Of a DNA stretch of 64,000 bases, positions 28,963 through 37,723 are shown in pieces. Under the pieces are notes generated by a model that saw only the letters and a program-made list of their open reading frames with translations, ran no database searches and was not told the DNA's origin. Numbering within the stretch: position 1 is the stretch's first letter; every line of letters begins with the position of its first letter. The DNA comes from a phage. A program made the position numbers and the translations under genes. The stretch lies in assembly GCA_011939005.1 (NCBI GenBank), contig GCA_011939005.1_4858.1; one strand, given 5' to 3'.

Positions 28963-29681
28963 TATTCTCCTCGCAACTGCGGTGGAATGTATTCACCTGT
29001 GCACATTTCGCGGTGAGCTTCTAACATGCGTTCGAAGCCGTACGTACGCGCGACCAGGGCCAAATGATAGATGCGTGCCGTAGAATACGCTTCCTTCGCA
29101 GCATCAAAGTTAGCGTTATGCTCGTACGCTTCTTTGCCGCGGGTCCAATGGTGCGCTTCTGCGTGCCAGTTCGGTTCCAGGCCAAACGCATATGCAATAC
29201 GTTCTGCAGTCCGGTCAGAGTCCAATATAGAAAACTTGCGGTACTTGCCCGGCGGGATATCGCACTGCGCGAATGCGTTCATCAGAATTGGAGCATCGAA
29301 ATCGGGACCACGCATGGTGATAACCATTTTCACGTTGCCCAGATCATCCAACCATTTTTTGGCCGCCCACAGCGCTTCTGGCAGTGGAGTGGTCCCAGAA
29401 AACGCTTCAATACGTGCTTTCTCGCTCGGTGCGTATTCGGGGTCGCCTTTACCTTCCCAATAACCGACCGTTTGTGGATCGATGTAGAAGATTTCTTTTG
29501 CTTTTGCATCATTGGGGTCGATTTTGTGGTAACATGAACCGATCATTTTCATTGTCGGAACATCGAATGCCACGTTTGCCAACGTTAAGATGTAGGCATC
29601 TGGACGTAAAGCCAGGGTCTCTAAGTCCGTCCCAACAACAACGGTGGGCGTTAAAACAGGCAGAATTTTAGGATATGTCAT
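28962..29681 (-). CDS. putative DnaQ-like 3'-5' exonuclease (T4 DexA-like)
   Basis: 239 aa; Exo I-like motif VVGTDLETLAL and further blocks (DFDAPILMNAF, AHHW) aligning by eye to T4 exonuclease A; stop overlaps RNase H start by 1 nt. Confidence 0.6.
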   Translation of the reverse strand: MTYPKILPVLTPTVVVGTDLETLALRPDAYILTLANVAFDVPTMKMIGSCYHKIDPNDAKAKEIFYIDPQTVGYWEGKGDPEYAPSEKARIEAFSGTTPLPEALWAAKKWLDDLGNVKMVITMRGPDFDAPILMNAFAQCDIPPGKYRKFSILDSDRTAERIAYAFGLEPNWHAEAHHWTRGKEAYEHNANFDAAKEAYSTARIYHLALVARTYGFERMLEAHREMCTGEYIPPQLRGE

Positions 29682-29726
29682 TTCAACTCTCCACGAGATT
29701 ATATATCACACTATTGACTATTAACG

Positions 29727-29765
29727 TAAAAAAGGAAATCCCCTCTTACCCGAAGGTAAGAGGGA
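29727..29765 (-). terminator. rho-independent terminator (UUCG loop on minus transcript)
   Basis: Stem ccctcttacc / ggtaagaggg with loop cgaa (29741-29764), A-run 29728-29733. Confidence 0.55.
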
Positions 29766-29769
29766 GTTT

Positions 29770-30249
29770 TCATTGCACAAGGCAACTACTTTTGTGCCGT
29801 TCGTAGGCACGATTAAAAGACTCTCTGTCTTCGCGATAGCCGCGAATGAGAGACTTAATCTGTCGTGACAAATCACGACTAATGTCTTGAGGGCTACGAG
29901 AACCAGGGTCGAGATATATCCCGGAGGGTATACCATGAAGAGTGGGGCGAATAAACTCTTCACAAAGCGGTGCGGTCATCGGGGTGTGCCACCCTTTAGC
30001 TTCTGCATAGTTGTTTACTGACTTAGCGTACAGATAAACGTAATAAGCATAAGCGTTCACATCCGCAACAAACATTTTCCCTGCCAGCTTTTTCGCCTCA
30101 GGACTGTTCCCACCGTTATATACTGGTGGGTGTTCTAAAGGACGAAAAGGCCAATCTCCGGTTGAGGAGTAATCTGGGTCTACGTGACGGATGACCCCAG
30201 GGCATCCTGTCAACAATAGCACCAGTATCGCCACCAAAAATAACTTCAT
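29770..30249 (-). CDS. putative lipoprotein
   Basis: 159 aa; N-terminus MKLFLVAILVLLLTGC has signal peptide with lipobox LTGC; ATG with RBS gaggag overlapping end of upstream gene. Confidence 0.55.
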   Translation of the reverse strand: MKLFLVAILVLLLTGCPGVIRHVDPDYSSTGDWPFRPLEHPPVYNGGNSPEAKKLAGKMFVADVNAYAYYVYLYAKSVNNYAEAKGWHTPMTAPLCEEFIRPTLHGIPSGIYLDPGSRSPQDISRDLSRQIKSLIRGYREDRESFNRAYERHKSSCLVQ

Positions 30250-30258
30250 GTATGCTCC

Positions 30259-30768
30259 TCATGGATTATTAAGCGTCTTGATAATCTCCTGTCGGAAATC
30301 GTTTGCCGCCTGCGACCCCACTGGGCGAGAAGCCGCCTGGTGTTTCTTGGCAGGCGGGCTAGACGGATTTAACGGTGCCTGTGGTGTTACCGGCTTGAGT
30401 TCTTCAGGCGGAACCGCGGCCCCAGTGCCTGTCCCTGTTGGAGATTTGGTACCATCATATGGCGATCGAGAACCCAGGCATGTGAAGAGACGATCGTACA
30501 GCTTATTGTTCTCCACTTCGCCATGATCGGACTTCTCTTTTAGCTCCTTATAGGATATCTCCAGATACTGAGTACGCGATTGGACGCTAACCAGTGTGTG
30601 GTATTGAACAATATAGGCATATGAGACAAATGCAGAGAACGCGACCAGTGCCACTATCACTAGTGTCACTATCTTCCCGGCTCGTGTTACTTTCTCCCCC
30701 TCGCCCGGTTTAAATGCTTCCCACAGCATCTGTAAGAATGGAAGCAGTTTGAAAACTGATGCTATCAT
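30259..30768 (-). CDS. membrane protein with Pro-rich C-terminal region
   Basis: Track start 30774 is GTG; ATG at 30768 has RBS gaggtg. Transmembrane segment IVTLVIVALVAFSAFVSYAYIV, then Pro-rich tail. Confidence 0.5.
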   Translation of the reverse strand: MIASVFKLLPFLQMLWEAFKPGEGEKVTRAGKIVTLVIVALVAFSAFVSYAYIVQYHTLVSVQSRTQYLEISYKELKEKSDHGEVENNKLYDRLFTCLGSRSPYDGTKSPTGTGTGAAVPPEELKPVTPQAPLNPSSPPAKKHQAASRPVGSQAANDFRQEIIKTLNNP

Positions 30769-30792
30769 GCTCACCTCGGAGAGTTTTTAATT

Positions 30793-32172
30793 ATGTATGA
30801 TTTACAAGGCTTTATTCAAATAGCGGCTCTGATTGATAATGGCCCTGGCAACACCGCTCCGGTAGGTGAGTTGTCTGAGCTGTCATATTCGTTCGCTAAA
30901 AGCAAGCAGTATTTTACTAAAGAAAATCTGCAGGTGGAACTGGTTGCTTTTACTTCTAAACGTGACGAGTTGCCTATTAAGACCCCGGCCGTCTTTAGCG
31001 ACCACGTTCTTACTGTTTCCCAATGGATCTACCAACAGTCTATCCTGGGCAACTTAAGAAACGACGAAGTTGAATTCCAGCGTTTGCTGTTGGGGCAATT
31101 TAATAGTGTCATCAGCGGTGTTCAGTCTGGCGCGATGATTCAGACTAACAGTAACTGGTTCCCACGTTGGGTCAGTTGGAAACTTGAAACCACAGCAGAT
31201 AAAGTCGAAGACCCATCTGATGTGAATAACCAGATTATTCTCTGGTTTGCTGATGAAGATTTCAATCAGGACTATACCGGATTTGAAATTGAAGTCCAAA
31301 TGCCGATATTACCGGTTGATACTTTCTTGGCTGTGAAATCTGTAGTCGAAAAGGCAATGGAAGGGTTCAACCTTCCGGATCACCATAATAAGATTAACGA
31401 ATTAGCTGACGGTTATCCGTACACTAGCCTGATTACTAACATCTATACTTGGCACGACCAGGAAGACTTTGATTCCACCTTACCGATACCGATGTCGGTT
31501 ATCATCTACGGCCGCGCAGGTCGTAACCCGAGCAGGATTAAACAAGCGTTACGTGATTACATTTTGGCAAACTCCAGTTTTACTGTGGCGTTGGGTGTCA
31601 AGGTGTTCCCAGAAATCTTTACGACCACCAAGTTCACAATTGTTCCCGGTTGGTCAATTCGTGGGATTCCAAATGAGGAAGATGTTGCGGCATTATACTC
31701 GCCGATTCTCCCATATGATTTCTGGGTCAAAGCAATCTCCCGATTTGGGGAGTGGACTGTTCAAACCATTACGGAAAAAAATAGTGGAGCGATCTCGATT
31801 CCAACTACCGATGTAACGGATTTACCGTCCATCTATAAATCGTTGAACGCCGTGGTTATCGCTGGCCCTGAAAACGATTCACGCAAAACGACCCTGCATG
31901 ACACAATTCCTGACTACGCATTAATCGGCACTAATAATGCGGATATTGCGAGAATGTCGAAGAAAACCACCGAGTGGTTGGATCTGTTCTTCCAGGCGTT
32001 AATTGCAGCCGAAGAGTACCATCCGCACTCCACCCCGTTGGATATCGTGAAGCTCGTAGACGACGTTGATCCTAACGTTTACTTCTACGTCTTCGAATTC
32101 GATAACGTGGAATATCGTGTCTTGGCCCGTAAGGCCATTTGGGATGTTCCTGCGGTAGAGCCAAAAGCCTAA
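30793..32172 (+). CDS. hypothetical protein (plus-strand island)
   Basis: 459-aa ORF, ATG with RBS ggagag; only 24 nt from the divergent minus-strand start. Confidence 0.55.
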   Translation: MYDLQGFIQIAALIDNGPGNTAPVGELSELSYSFAKSKQYFTKENLQVELVAFTSKRDELPIKTPAVFSDHVLTVSQWIYQQSILGNLRNDEVEFQRLLLGQFNSVISGVQSGAMIQTNSNWFPRWVSWKLETTADKVEDPSDVNNQIILWFADEDFNQDYTGFEIEVQMPILPVDTFLAVKSVVEKAMEGFNLPDHHNKINELADGYPYTSLITNIYTWHDQEDFDSTLPIPMSVIIYGRAGRNPSRIKQALRDYILANSSFTVALGVKVFPEIFTTTKFTIVPGWSIRGIPNEEDVAALYSPILPYDFWVKAISRFGEWTVQTITEKNSGAISIPTTDVTDLPSIYKSLNAVVIAGPENDSRKTTLHDTIPDYALIGTNNADIARMSKKTTEWLDLFFQALIAAEEYHPHSTPLDIVKLVDDVDPNVYFYVFEFDNVEYRVLARKAIWDVPAVEPKA

Positions 32173-32182
32173 GGAGGGTTAA

Positions 32183-32806
32183 ATGGCACAACTGTTGCCT
32201 AACACGCCTCAGGTTAACCTTGAGGGGTTGTTCAAGGTTAAGGCACCTTATACGTTGCCAGATAAAGTGATTTACCGTGTTGACGCGGTACAGAACTTTC
32301 CGAAACTCCAACGTAATAATATTGACGTTTATAACAAGTATTATAAACCTGTCGGCCTAACTCGTGACGACTATATCAGCGACGCTAATGTCGAAGCCTC
32401 GATTGTAACATTAAAGTCGAGGGACGGTCAAGTCTACGAGTTGCCTGATACGTACATTGAGACGTATCCTGGACTGAACGGGTTAAATTATAGACGCAAT
32501 GTGGTGGTTATTGACCTGGCATTAATACCCGAATACGTCGATGTCACACTGCTAACGAACGACCTGAAAAGCATTTTAGAACGCGGTTTAGGAATCGAAG
32601 CACGTGTGGACATCACGTCGATGGATTACGAAGGGACGGTGACGGAAGAAGAACACTTGCAAATGGAAGCGGTGCGTAAAGCCAAAATCCGTGAGCAGGT
32701 TCCTCTGACAGAACAAGTTGCAACACTCACTAAGCAGAATCAAGAACTGCAGGCGTTGAATGATGCGATGTTGAAAATCCTGAAAGATAACGGGTTAACA
32801 AATTAA
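32183..32806 (+). CDS. hypothetical protein with C-terminal coiled-coil-like segment
   Basis: 207-aa ORF, ATG with RBS aaggaggg; followed by bidirectional terminator. Confidence 0.55.
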   Translation: MAQLLPNTPQVNLEGLFKVKAPYTLPDKVIYRVDAVQNFPKLQRNNIDVYNKYYKPVGLTRDDYISDANVEASIVTLKSRDGQVYELPDTYIETYPGLNGLNYRRNVVVIDLALIPEYVDVTLLTNDLKSILERGLGIEARVDITSMDYEGTVTEEEHLQMEAVRKAKIREQVPLTEQVATLTKQNQELQALNDAMLKILKDNGLTN

Positions 32807-32860
32807 AGAAAAAAAGAACTACCTACTCCCTTGGGAGTAGGTAGGCTTTTATTTTTTATC
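32805..32860. terminator. bidirectional rho-independent terminator
   Basis: Stem ctacctactccc / gggagtaggtag (32819-32844) flanked by A-run and gcttttattttttatc. Confidence 0.7.
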
Positions 32861-32863
32861 GCA

Positions 32864-33997
32864 TTATTTACCGATGATATCACGGACCATTGCTTTGATT
32901 GTGGCAGCAGTACGTTTCTTTTTCGGCAGCTTGCGGATTTCTGCGTACAGTTTATCCAGGTTCAGCGTTTTCTGTACCTGCGCAACAATCTGCATTTGCT
33001 CTTCGTCGATCTTCACTTCGACGGTTTGTTCCTGCATTTTGCCCAGTTCCTGAATCACACTGGCAACCGACACCGGATAAGCTGTTGATTTTGGACGTTC
33101 GATACCGAGGGTAACAAAGATTTCGTCGTCAATAAACACATTTTCGATATCAGCCAAGTTTTCCAGAATGATTTCATCGTGGTCTTCATCTTCTGACGCA
33201 TTCGGGTATGGACGTTTGTAGGTGTAATCCCACACGTCATAACCGAGTTTATCTGCGAGTTGTACGAAACCTTCCCAGGTTACTTCGCCGGGGTTGATAG
33301 TCTGACCACGGAAACCAGGGTTGGCCGTAAAGACTTTCACCCAGTCGATGTTCGCGATGGTGCGACACTCTTCCAGCGGCGCGTAGCGATCTCCCACTTC
33401 GTCATTGTCAGGCTCTTCAACATGCACTGCTTCGCAACGCTCGAAAGTGACTGAGTGTGGTTTACCGTCACCGAAGATAACGGAGGCAGCACGCCAGTCT
33501 TCGATAGTCCACTGAACATGAGTCAATTCAATGTAACAATGCCCAACTTTAACACGACCATGTGGGGCACTTACTGGTTTAATCAGCTCACCTGGTTCGA
33601 AGAAGAATTCGTCAGAATGTGCAATGGCATACCAGACACCATCAACACCTTCAACGAGAATAGACCAGTTATAAGGCGCGTGGCAATTTTGGAAAGCTAC
33701 GCCCAGCATACTTCCCCAACGGTCATCTGGCGAATATTTCAGTGGCGGCAGGTTATCAAACTGAAGAGTTTGAGAAGAAAGGCACAACTTATTACGCAGG
33801 TGCGGCAGCGGCAGATAAGCCTCCACATTGTTATCGACCAGCGCATTGTAAAGATCCGGGTTGATAACACCGGTGCCAGTGACGTGTTGTGCAATCAGAG
33901 CTTCTGAATATGCACGAATACCTTCGTAGCTAAGCACATACGCACGGTCACGTACTACACGAGCCATATCTTCGATTACGGAAATTGGAAATTTCAT
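32864..33997 (-). CDS. hypothetical protein
   Basis: Track start 34021 is TTG; first ATG at 33997 has RBS aagga. No motif recognised. Confidence 0.55.
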   Translation of the reverse strand: MKFPISVIEDMARVVRDRAYVLSYEGIRAYSEALIAQHVTGTGVINPDLYNALVDNNVEAYLPLPHLRNKLCLSSQTLQFDNLPPLKYSPDDRWGSMLGVAFQNCHAPYNWSILVEGVDGVWYAIAHSDEFFFEPGELIKPVSAPHGRVKVGHCYIELTHVQWTIEDWRAASVIFGDGKPHSVTFERCEAVHVEEPDNDEVGDRYAPLEECRTIANIDWVKVFTANPGFRGQTINPGEVTWEGFVQLADKLGYDVWDYTYKRPYPNASEDEDHDEIILENLADIENVFIDDEIFVTLGIERPKSTAYPVSVASVIQELGKMQEQTVEVKIDEEQMQIVAQVQKTLNLDKLYAEIRKLPKKKRTAATIKAMVRDIIGK

Positions 33998-34057
33998 GTT
34001 AATAGTCCTTATAAAAGTCAATGGTATTTTCAGATGATTAGTTACTGCTGTAAAAAA

Positions 34058-34288
34058 CTAGTTACGGTCGGAATTAAAGACGTGCCAGGTACTACGCCAG
34101 CGAAAGAATCGGGTCATGAAACCACGCACGTGGTAGCCTGAGAACAACATCCAGATGGCAAGAAAGAGTTGCGCCCATGGGGACGTGAGTTCCATCAGAT
34201 GTGCGACAATCGCACCGATTACCAACATTACCGTGGAGAATAGCAAACCGTACATCATCGGAATGTTGTGGCTATAGCGTTTCTCCAT
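34058..34288 (-). CDS. small two-helix membrane protein (holin-like topology)
   Basis: Two hydrophobic helices (GLLFSTVMLVIGAIVAHL; WAQLFLAIWMLFSGY) and basic C-terminus. Track start 34324 is GTG; first ATG at 34288; start uncertain. Confidence 0.4.
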   Translation of the reverse strand: MEKRYSHNIPMMYGLLFSTVMLVIGAIVAHLMELTSPWAQLFLAIWMLFSGYHVRGFMTRFFRWRSTWHVFNSDRN

Positions 34289-34334
34289 CCAGTAGAGAAA
34301 ATTTATTAAACGTTTCACGAGCACACATCCAAGA

Positions 34335-34371
34335 ATTAAATAAAAGGCGGTCAGACCCGAAGGTCTGACCG
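34335..34371 (-). terminator. rho-independent terminator (UUCG loop on minus transcript)
   Basis: Stem cggtcagacc / ggtctgaccg with loop cgaa (34348-34371), A-rich run upstream on plus strand. Confidence 0.6.
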
Positions 34372-34375
34372 TTAA

Positions 34376-34969
34376 TTACGCTTCGGCCTCAAAGAACGGC
34401 TGGTTCGGTACCACTGCATATTCGAGCACGAAAAGATGTTCTGGGGCATCTTCTGCTCGCCACAGTTTGTGACACGTTGCCAGTTTTTCCAGGATGGTCA
34501 ACCAGCTGAGCTGGCAGAAAGCACGGTCGCCGAAGAACAGTTTCTGCAGTGCAATCGACACATCCATATACGCCTGTTTGAAGTCGAGTTCTTTATCGTA
34601 ACCCGCCGACTGTCGCCACGTCAGCACGAAACCTGCTTCGGTTTCGTTAATTGCTGGACGTAAACCACAAATCCACATCAGCGCCAGATTAACGTTCCAG
34701 TCGAATTCGATACCTTCGTCTTCGTCATCACCAAACGCCGCGTTTAACGCATCGTAGAAACCGTGGTTCTCTGCGAACCATTCGCCATACTCAACGTATA
34801 CCGGTGCTTCGACAGCTTCCCCATCGACTTCACCGATAGGACGCTCTACATAGTTCGGGTTGGTTTGAACGTGTTCCGCACCCGCGCGAATTAATTCGTA
34901 GACATCTTTGGCGGTGATTTGTGCGGCTGTTTTAAGACCTGGATACCAGGGGCGTGTTACGAGTGTCAA
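34376..34969 (-). CDS. hypothetical protein (apparent TTG start)
   Basis: 197 aa; no in-frame ATG/GTG near the 5' end; TTG at 34969 has strong RBS aaggag and overlaps upstream stop by 4 nt. Confidence 0.5.
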   Translation of the reverse strand: MTLVTRPWYPGLKTAAQITAKDVYELIRAGAEHVQTNPNYVERPIGEVDGEAVEAPVYVEYGEWFAENHGFYDALNAAFGDDEDEGIEFDWNVNLALMWICGLRPAINETEAGFVLTWRQSAGYDKELDFKQAYMDVSIALQKLFFGDRAFCQLSWLTILEKLATCHKLWRAEDAPEHLFVLEYAVVPNQPFFEAEA

Positions 34970-35688
34970 AGCAATGCTCCTTTCATGATAGTGTTATTTG
35001 CCAGTAGTGTACCGGCCGCAGGTGATATTTTGGTGTACAGCGTATCCCAGATTTTCTGAAGCTCAGCGACGCGTTGGTCGCGGTCTTCCTTCGCAAAAGC
35101 AAGCTGACGTGTTTCAGCTTTCGGTGGCGTCATTTTCGCACCGTAGAATGCTGCGTCTTTTCGGTAGCTGGCCATCCAGCGTTTCCCGACCGATGATTTC
35201 TTTTTAATCATCGCAACAGCAGCGCTCTCACCGAAGCGGTAGCCTAATGCGATTTCGGCTGTGCTCGGCTTGCGTTTGAGTTGTTTTGTCAGATGATCCT
35301 CGATGTGTTTCATGTAAACAGCAGCAAGCTGTACAGCATATTTCGGTTTATTAAGGTCTGCGTTCTTTGGGATGTTAAGTTGTTTCCCATACAGACGTAT
35401 CATGGAGCGTTTAGTGCCTGTCGTCATTTGGACAACACTACTAGCACTGCTCGATTTATTCTTACCCACGTTTTTATTAAAACGGGATTCGCGGTAAATG
35501 GTGGTCGCAAGCATCCCGGCATGTACACCTTGCTTTTGAGATGCAGAGACGATGAGAGGTTTAATCTCATTGAACTGGTCCTGGATAAGGACGAATTCTT
35601 TTTGGTGTTTGTTACTGGTGGTCTGGTAAGAAGCGTTGCTGTTGAATGTGGTCACTGCTACCAGAAGAAATAAAATGGTGCGAAACAT
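34966..35688 (-). CDS. secreted lytic transglycosylase-like protein (candidate endolysin)
   Basis: 240 aa; N-terminal signal peptide MFRTILFLLVAVTTFNSNA; ESRFNKNVGKNKSSSASSVVQMTTGT aligns with the SLT motif of the large virion protein at 1-4578. Confidence 0.55.
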   Translation of the reverse strand: MFRTILFLLVAVTTFNSNASYQTTSNKHQKEFVLIQDQFNEIKPLIVSASQKQGVHAGMLATTIYRESRFNKNVGKNKSSSASSVVQMTTGTKRSMIRLYGKQLNIPKNADLNKPKYAVQLAAVYMKHIEDHLTKQLKRKPSTAEIALGYRFGESAAVAMIKKKSSVGKRWMASYRKDAAFYGAKMTPPKAETRQLAFAKEDRDQRVAELQKIWDTLYTKISPAAGTLLANNTIMKGALL

Positions 35689-35779
35689 GGATGTATCTCC
35701 AAACGGATTTATACTTTTCCGTTCCCAATCCGGGAAGACGGCGCGGACGGCATTGTGCTCCTTTGTAATGTGCCCTGAT

Positions 35780-35791
35780 GATAATATCTAT
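35780..35791. promoter_or_regulatory. conserved motif GATAATATCTAT (third copy)
   Basis: Exact 12-mer also at 26688-26699; overlaps the stop codon of the gene at 35788-36288 and lies upstream of the secreted SLT gene. Confidence 0.35.
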
Positions 35792-36288
35792 TTGAAACTT
35801 TTTGGGATGATTTTCTCTGCTTCCCTCAGCAGGGTGTCCGGTAAATAGAATCGATAAGTCTGCTCCGTGTGCTGTAGTCTTTTCTGTAAGTGTATAAAGA
35901 TTTCCAATCGCTCATGGTAACGTAACCAACCGTTAGCCATCCCTAGGGGCGGTATCGCAATCCCTCCTTCTAAGTCTTCCCCTAGTCGCGCCAGCGCATC
36001 AATGCCGGACGTGACATAGTAAATCTGCGATTTATAGCGAAAATGGGTTTTAGTAGGAAGGAGTATTACCCCTTCCTCAGGATAACAATAGACCTCACCG
36101 ATAACGATTTGCTCTTTACGACATTTCTGGCGATAGTCATTATAAAGCGATGGGAAGCGTTCTCGGCACGCCAAAGCAATGCCCCTTCCCATTGCACCAA
36201 CACAGTTAACTGTAACGACCTTGAAGCGCTCAGGCGCGTTAAACAGGTCGTGGGAGATAATAGCCTCGTCGATCAGTTCTAGTGACAT
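35788..36288 (-). CDS. putative macro-domain (ADP-ribose-binding/processing) protein
   Basis: 166 aa; VVTVNCVGAMGRGIALACRER resembles the macro N-terminal Gly-rich motif and IAIPPLGMANGWL resembles the C-terminal phosphate-binding loop. Motif-level only. Confidence 0.45.
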   Translation of the reverse strand: MSLELIDEAIISHDLFNAPERFKVVTVNCVGAMGRGIALACRERFPSLYNDYRQKCRKEQIVIGEVYCYPEEGVILLPTKTHFRYKSQIYYVTSGIDALARLGEDLEGGIAIPPLGMANGWLRYHERLEIFIHLQKRLQHTEQTYRFYLPDTLLREAEKIIPKSFK

Positions 36289-36487
36289 CTATTGCCATAC
36301 CCCATTGTGAAATAACCGGAGACTGAAGCAACGATTCCAGCTCAGTAAGAACTCTGGCTTTTGCTTCTTCGCGCAACTTACGGACTTCCGGATCGGGTTT
36401 ACCTGCGCCTAAATATTGGGGTTCTGTTTGTGGGGTAGGGAAACCACAGAAAGAACTAACCATTATTCCGATGATTGTTTTTTGCAT
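36239..36487 (-). CDS. small hypothetical protein
   Basis: 82-aa ORF, ATG with RBS aaaggaa; 3' end overlaps the next gene by 50 nt. Confidence 0.35.
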   Translation of the reverse strand: MQKTIIGIMVSSFCGFPTPQTEPQYLGAGKPDPEVRKLREEAKARVLTELESLLQSPVISQWGMAIDVTRTDRRGYYLPRPV

Positions 36488-36910
36488 TTAGCTATTCCTT
36501 TTCACCCAGGTTTGTACCGCTGACTCGAAACCTTCGTGTTCGATACCGAGTCGTTTCATTGCCAACATAGTGTTGAGGCTATTCGTAATTTCTTCACGGT
36601 AGCAATGGTCGTCCATCTTACGCCAACACTTCTCCGGGTCAACACCTAAGCGTTGGAGTAGATACGCCTCACGCACCATACCAGGCCGCCAGAATTTAGG
36701 GCGGGTAATCGCGATTTCAATCATGGGTGTCATGTCCAACGTGTGCGCGAGAATACTAACCGGCGTTTCCCCAACTTTATCACGTAACGCTAAACGTAAC
36801 CACCACTGAACGTTTGCTTTGGTTTCAGGTAACAGATCGTAGAATAAGGCTGTTTCTTCTTCTGATAAATGATCGTATAGTGATTTTGTTTCGCGAATAG
36901 CGGTAACCAT
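36488..36910 (-). CDS. hypothetical protein
   Basis: 140-aa ORF, ATG start. Confidence 0.5.
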   Translation of the reverse strand: MVTAIRETKSLYDHLSEEETALFYDLLPETKANVQWWLRLALRDKVGETPVSILAHTLDMTPMIEIAITRPKFWRPGMVREAYLLQRLGVDPEKCWRKMDDHCYREEITNSLNTMLAMKRLGIEHEGFESAVQTWVKRNS

Positions 36911-36928
36911 TTTAATGCTCCTTTAGAT

Positions 36929-37447
36929 TTAATCAATCTCGCGTTTAGGGCTCCTGTGAAACTTCACTTCAGGATTATCCTTAAATGTTTCCCAGATAAG
37001 GGACGCACCACCAAGCTCTTTGGTTTTCGTGGTGCGCAAGTGTGAGTCGCCGAGCATAACAGCACAACGTCCTTTTGCCATATACTTTTTAATTTTTTCA
37101 ACCATTTTAGCTTCACGAATATAAAAAGAACGGCTAAAGTTTACAGCCATTCCCTTTTTATCCTTGATATCTTTAGCGTAGGTTGCATCGCTCCAGTCAT
37201 CGATCCCAATAGCAGGGATGCCGAGTTTCTTAGCCAACTCCAGCCCCATGGGCCCAATAGAGTACATCTTCTCCTTTAATGCCTTATCTTGCGCTTTTGC
37301 AGTGTGATATTCATACGGCCCCAGTTCTTCACACAGTAAAAAATCGTATGGTTTTTTCCGATGGTTATCGATGATCGCCCATTCAACACGATTACGATCG
37401 GCCGTGGTATGAATTTCCCCATATATGTCAACACGAATGTCCGTCAT
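36929..37447 (-). CDS. hypothetical protein
   Basis: 172-aa ORF, ATG start. Confidence 0.5.
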   Translation of the reverse strand: MTDIRVDIYGEIHTTADRNRVEWAIIDNHRKKPYDFLLCEELGPYEYHTAKAQDKALKEKMYSIGPMGLELAKKLGIPAIGIDDWSDATYAKDIKDKKGMAVNFSRSFYIREAKMVEKIKKYMAKGRCAVMLGDSHLRTTKTKELGGASLIWETFKDNPEVKFHRSPKREID

Positions 37448-37698
37448 TTTAATTCCTCAAAAACTATAGGCACCGGCAGCGTACCAAGCGCTGCTTTAAT
37501 ACACGTACTCAGCGGAGTATCATCGAACGCAACACGACCGATAGTACCCACGTTGATGTGTTTTGGATTTACGGGTAAGAACTCCTTCGCCCGTTCGTAC
37601 TCAGCCCAACAGACATCGGTGTTTAAAGCTGAAAACCCAGGACGGTGAAACATAAATAGCACTCCTCGCGTAAAAATACCCCACTCATAGTGAGGCAT
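37444..37698 (-). CDS. hypothetical protein
   Basis: 84-aa ORF, ATG start, ATGA-coupled to downstream gene. Confidence 0.45.
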   Translation of the reverse strand: MPHYEWGIFTRGVLFMFHRPGFSALNTDVCWAEYERAKEFLPVNPKHINVGTIGRVAFDDTPLSTCIKAALGTLPVPIVFEELK

Positions 37699-37723
37699 AA
37701 TCGTAAGGAGTGCTAAAACAGGA

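Noticed and set aside
30793-32172. Major capsid protein assignment for the 459-aa plus-strand island protein
   Set aside because: The size is compatible but no sequence feature supports it and the gene lies among early-type genes; left as hypothetical.
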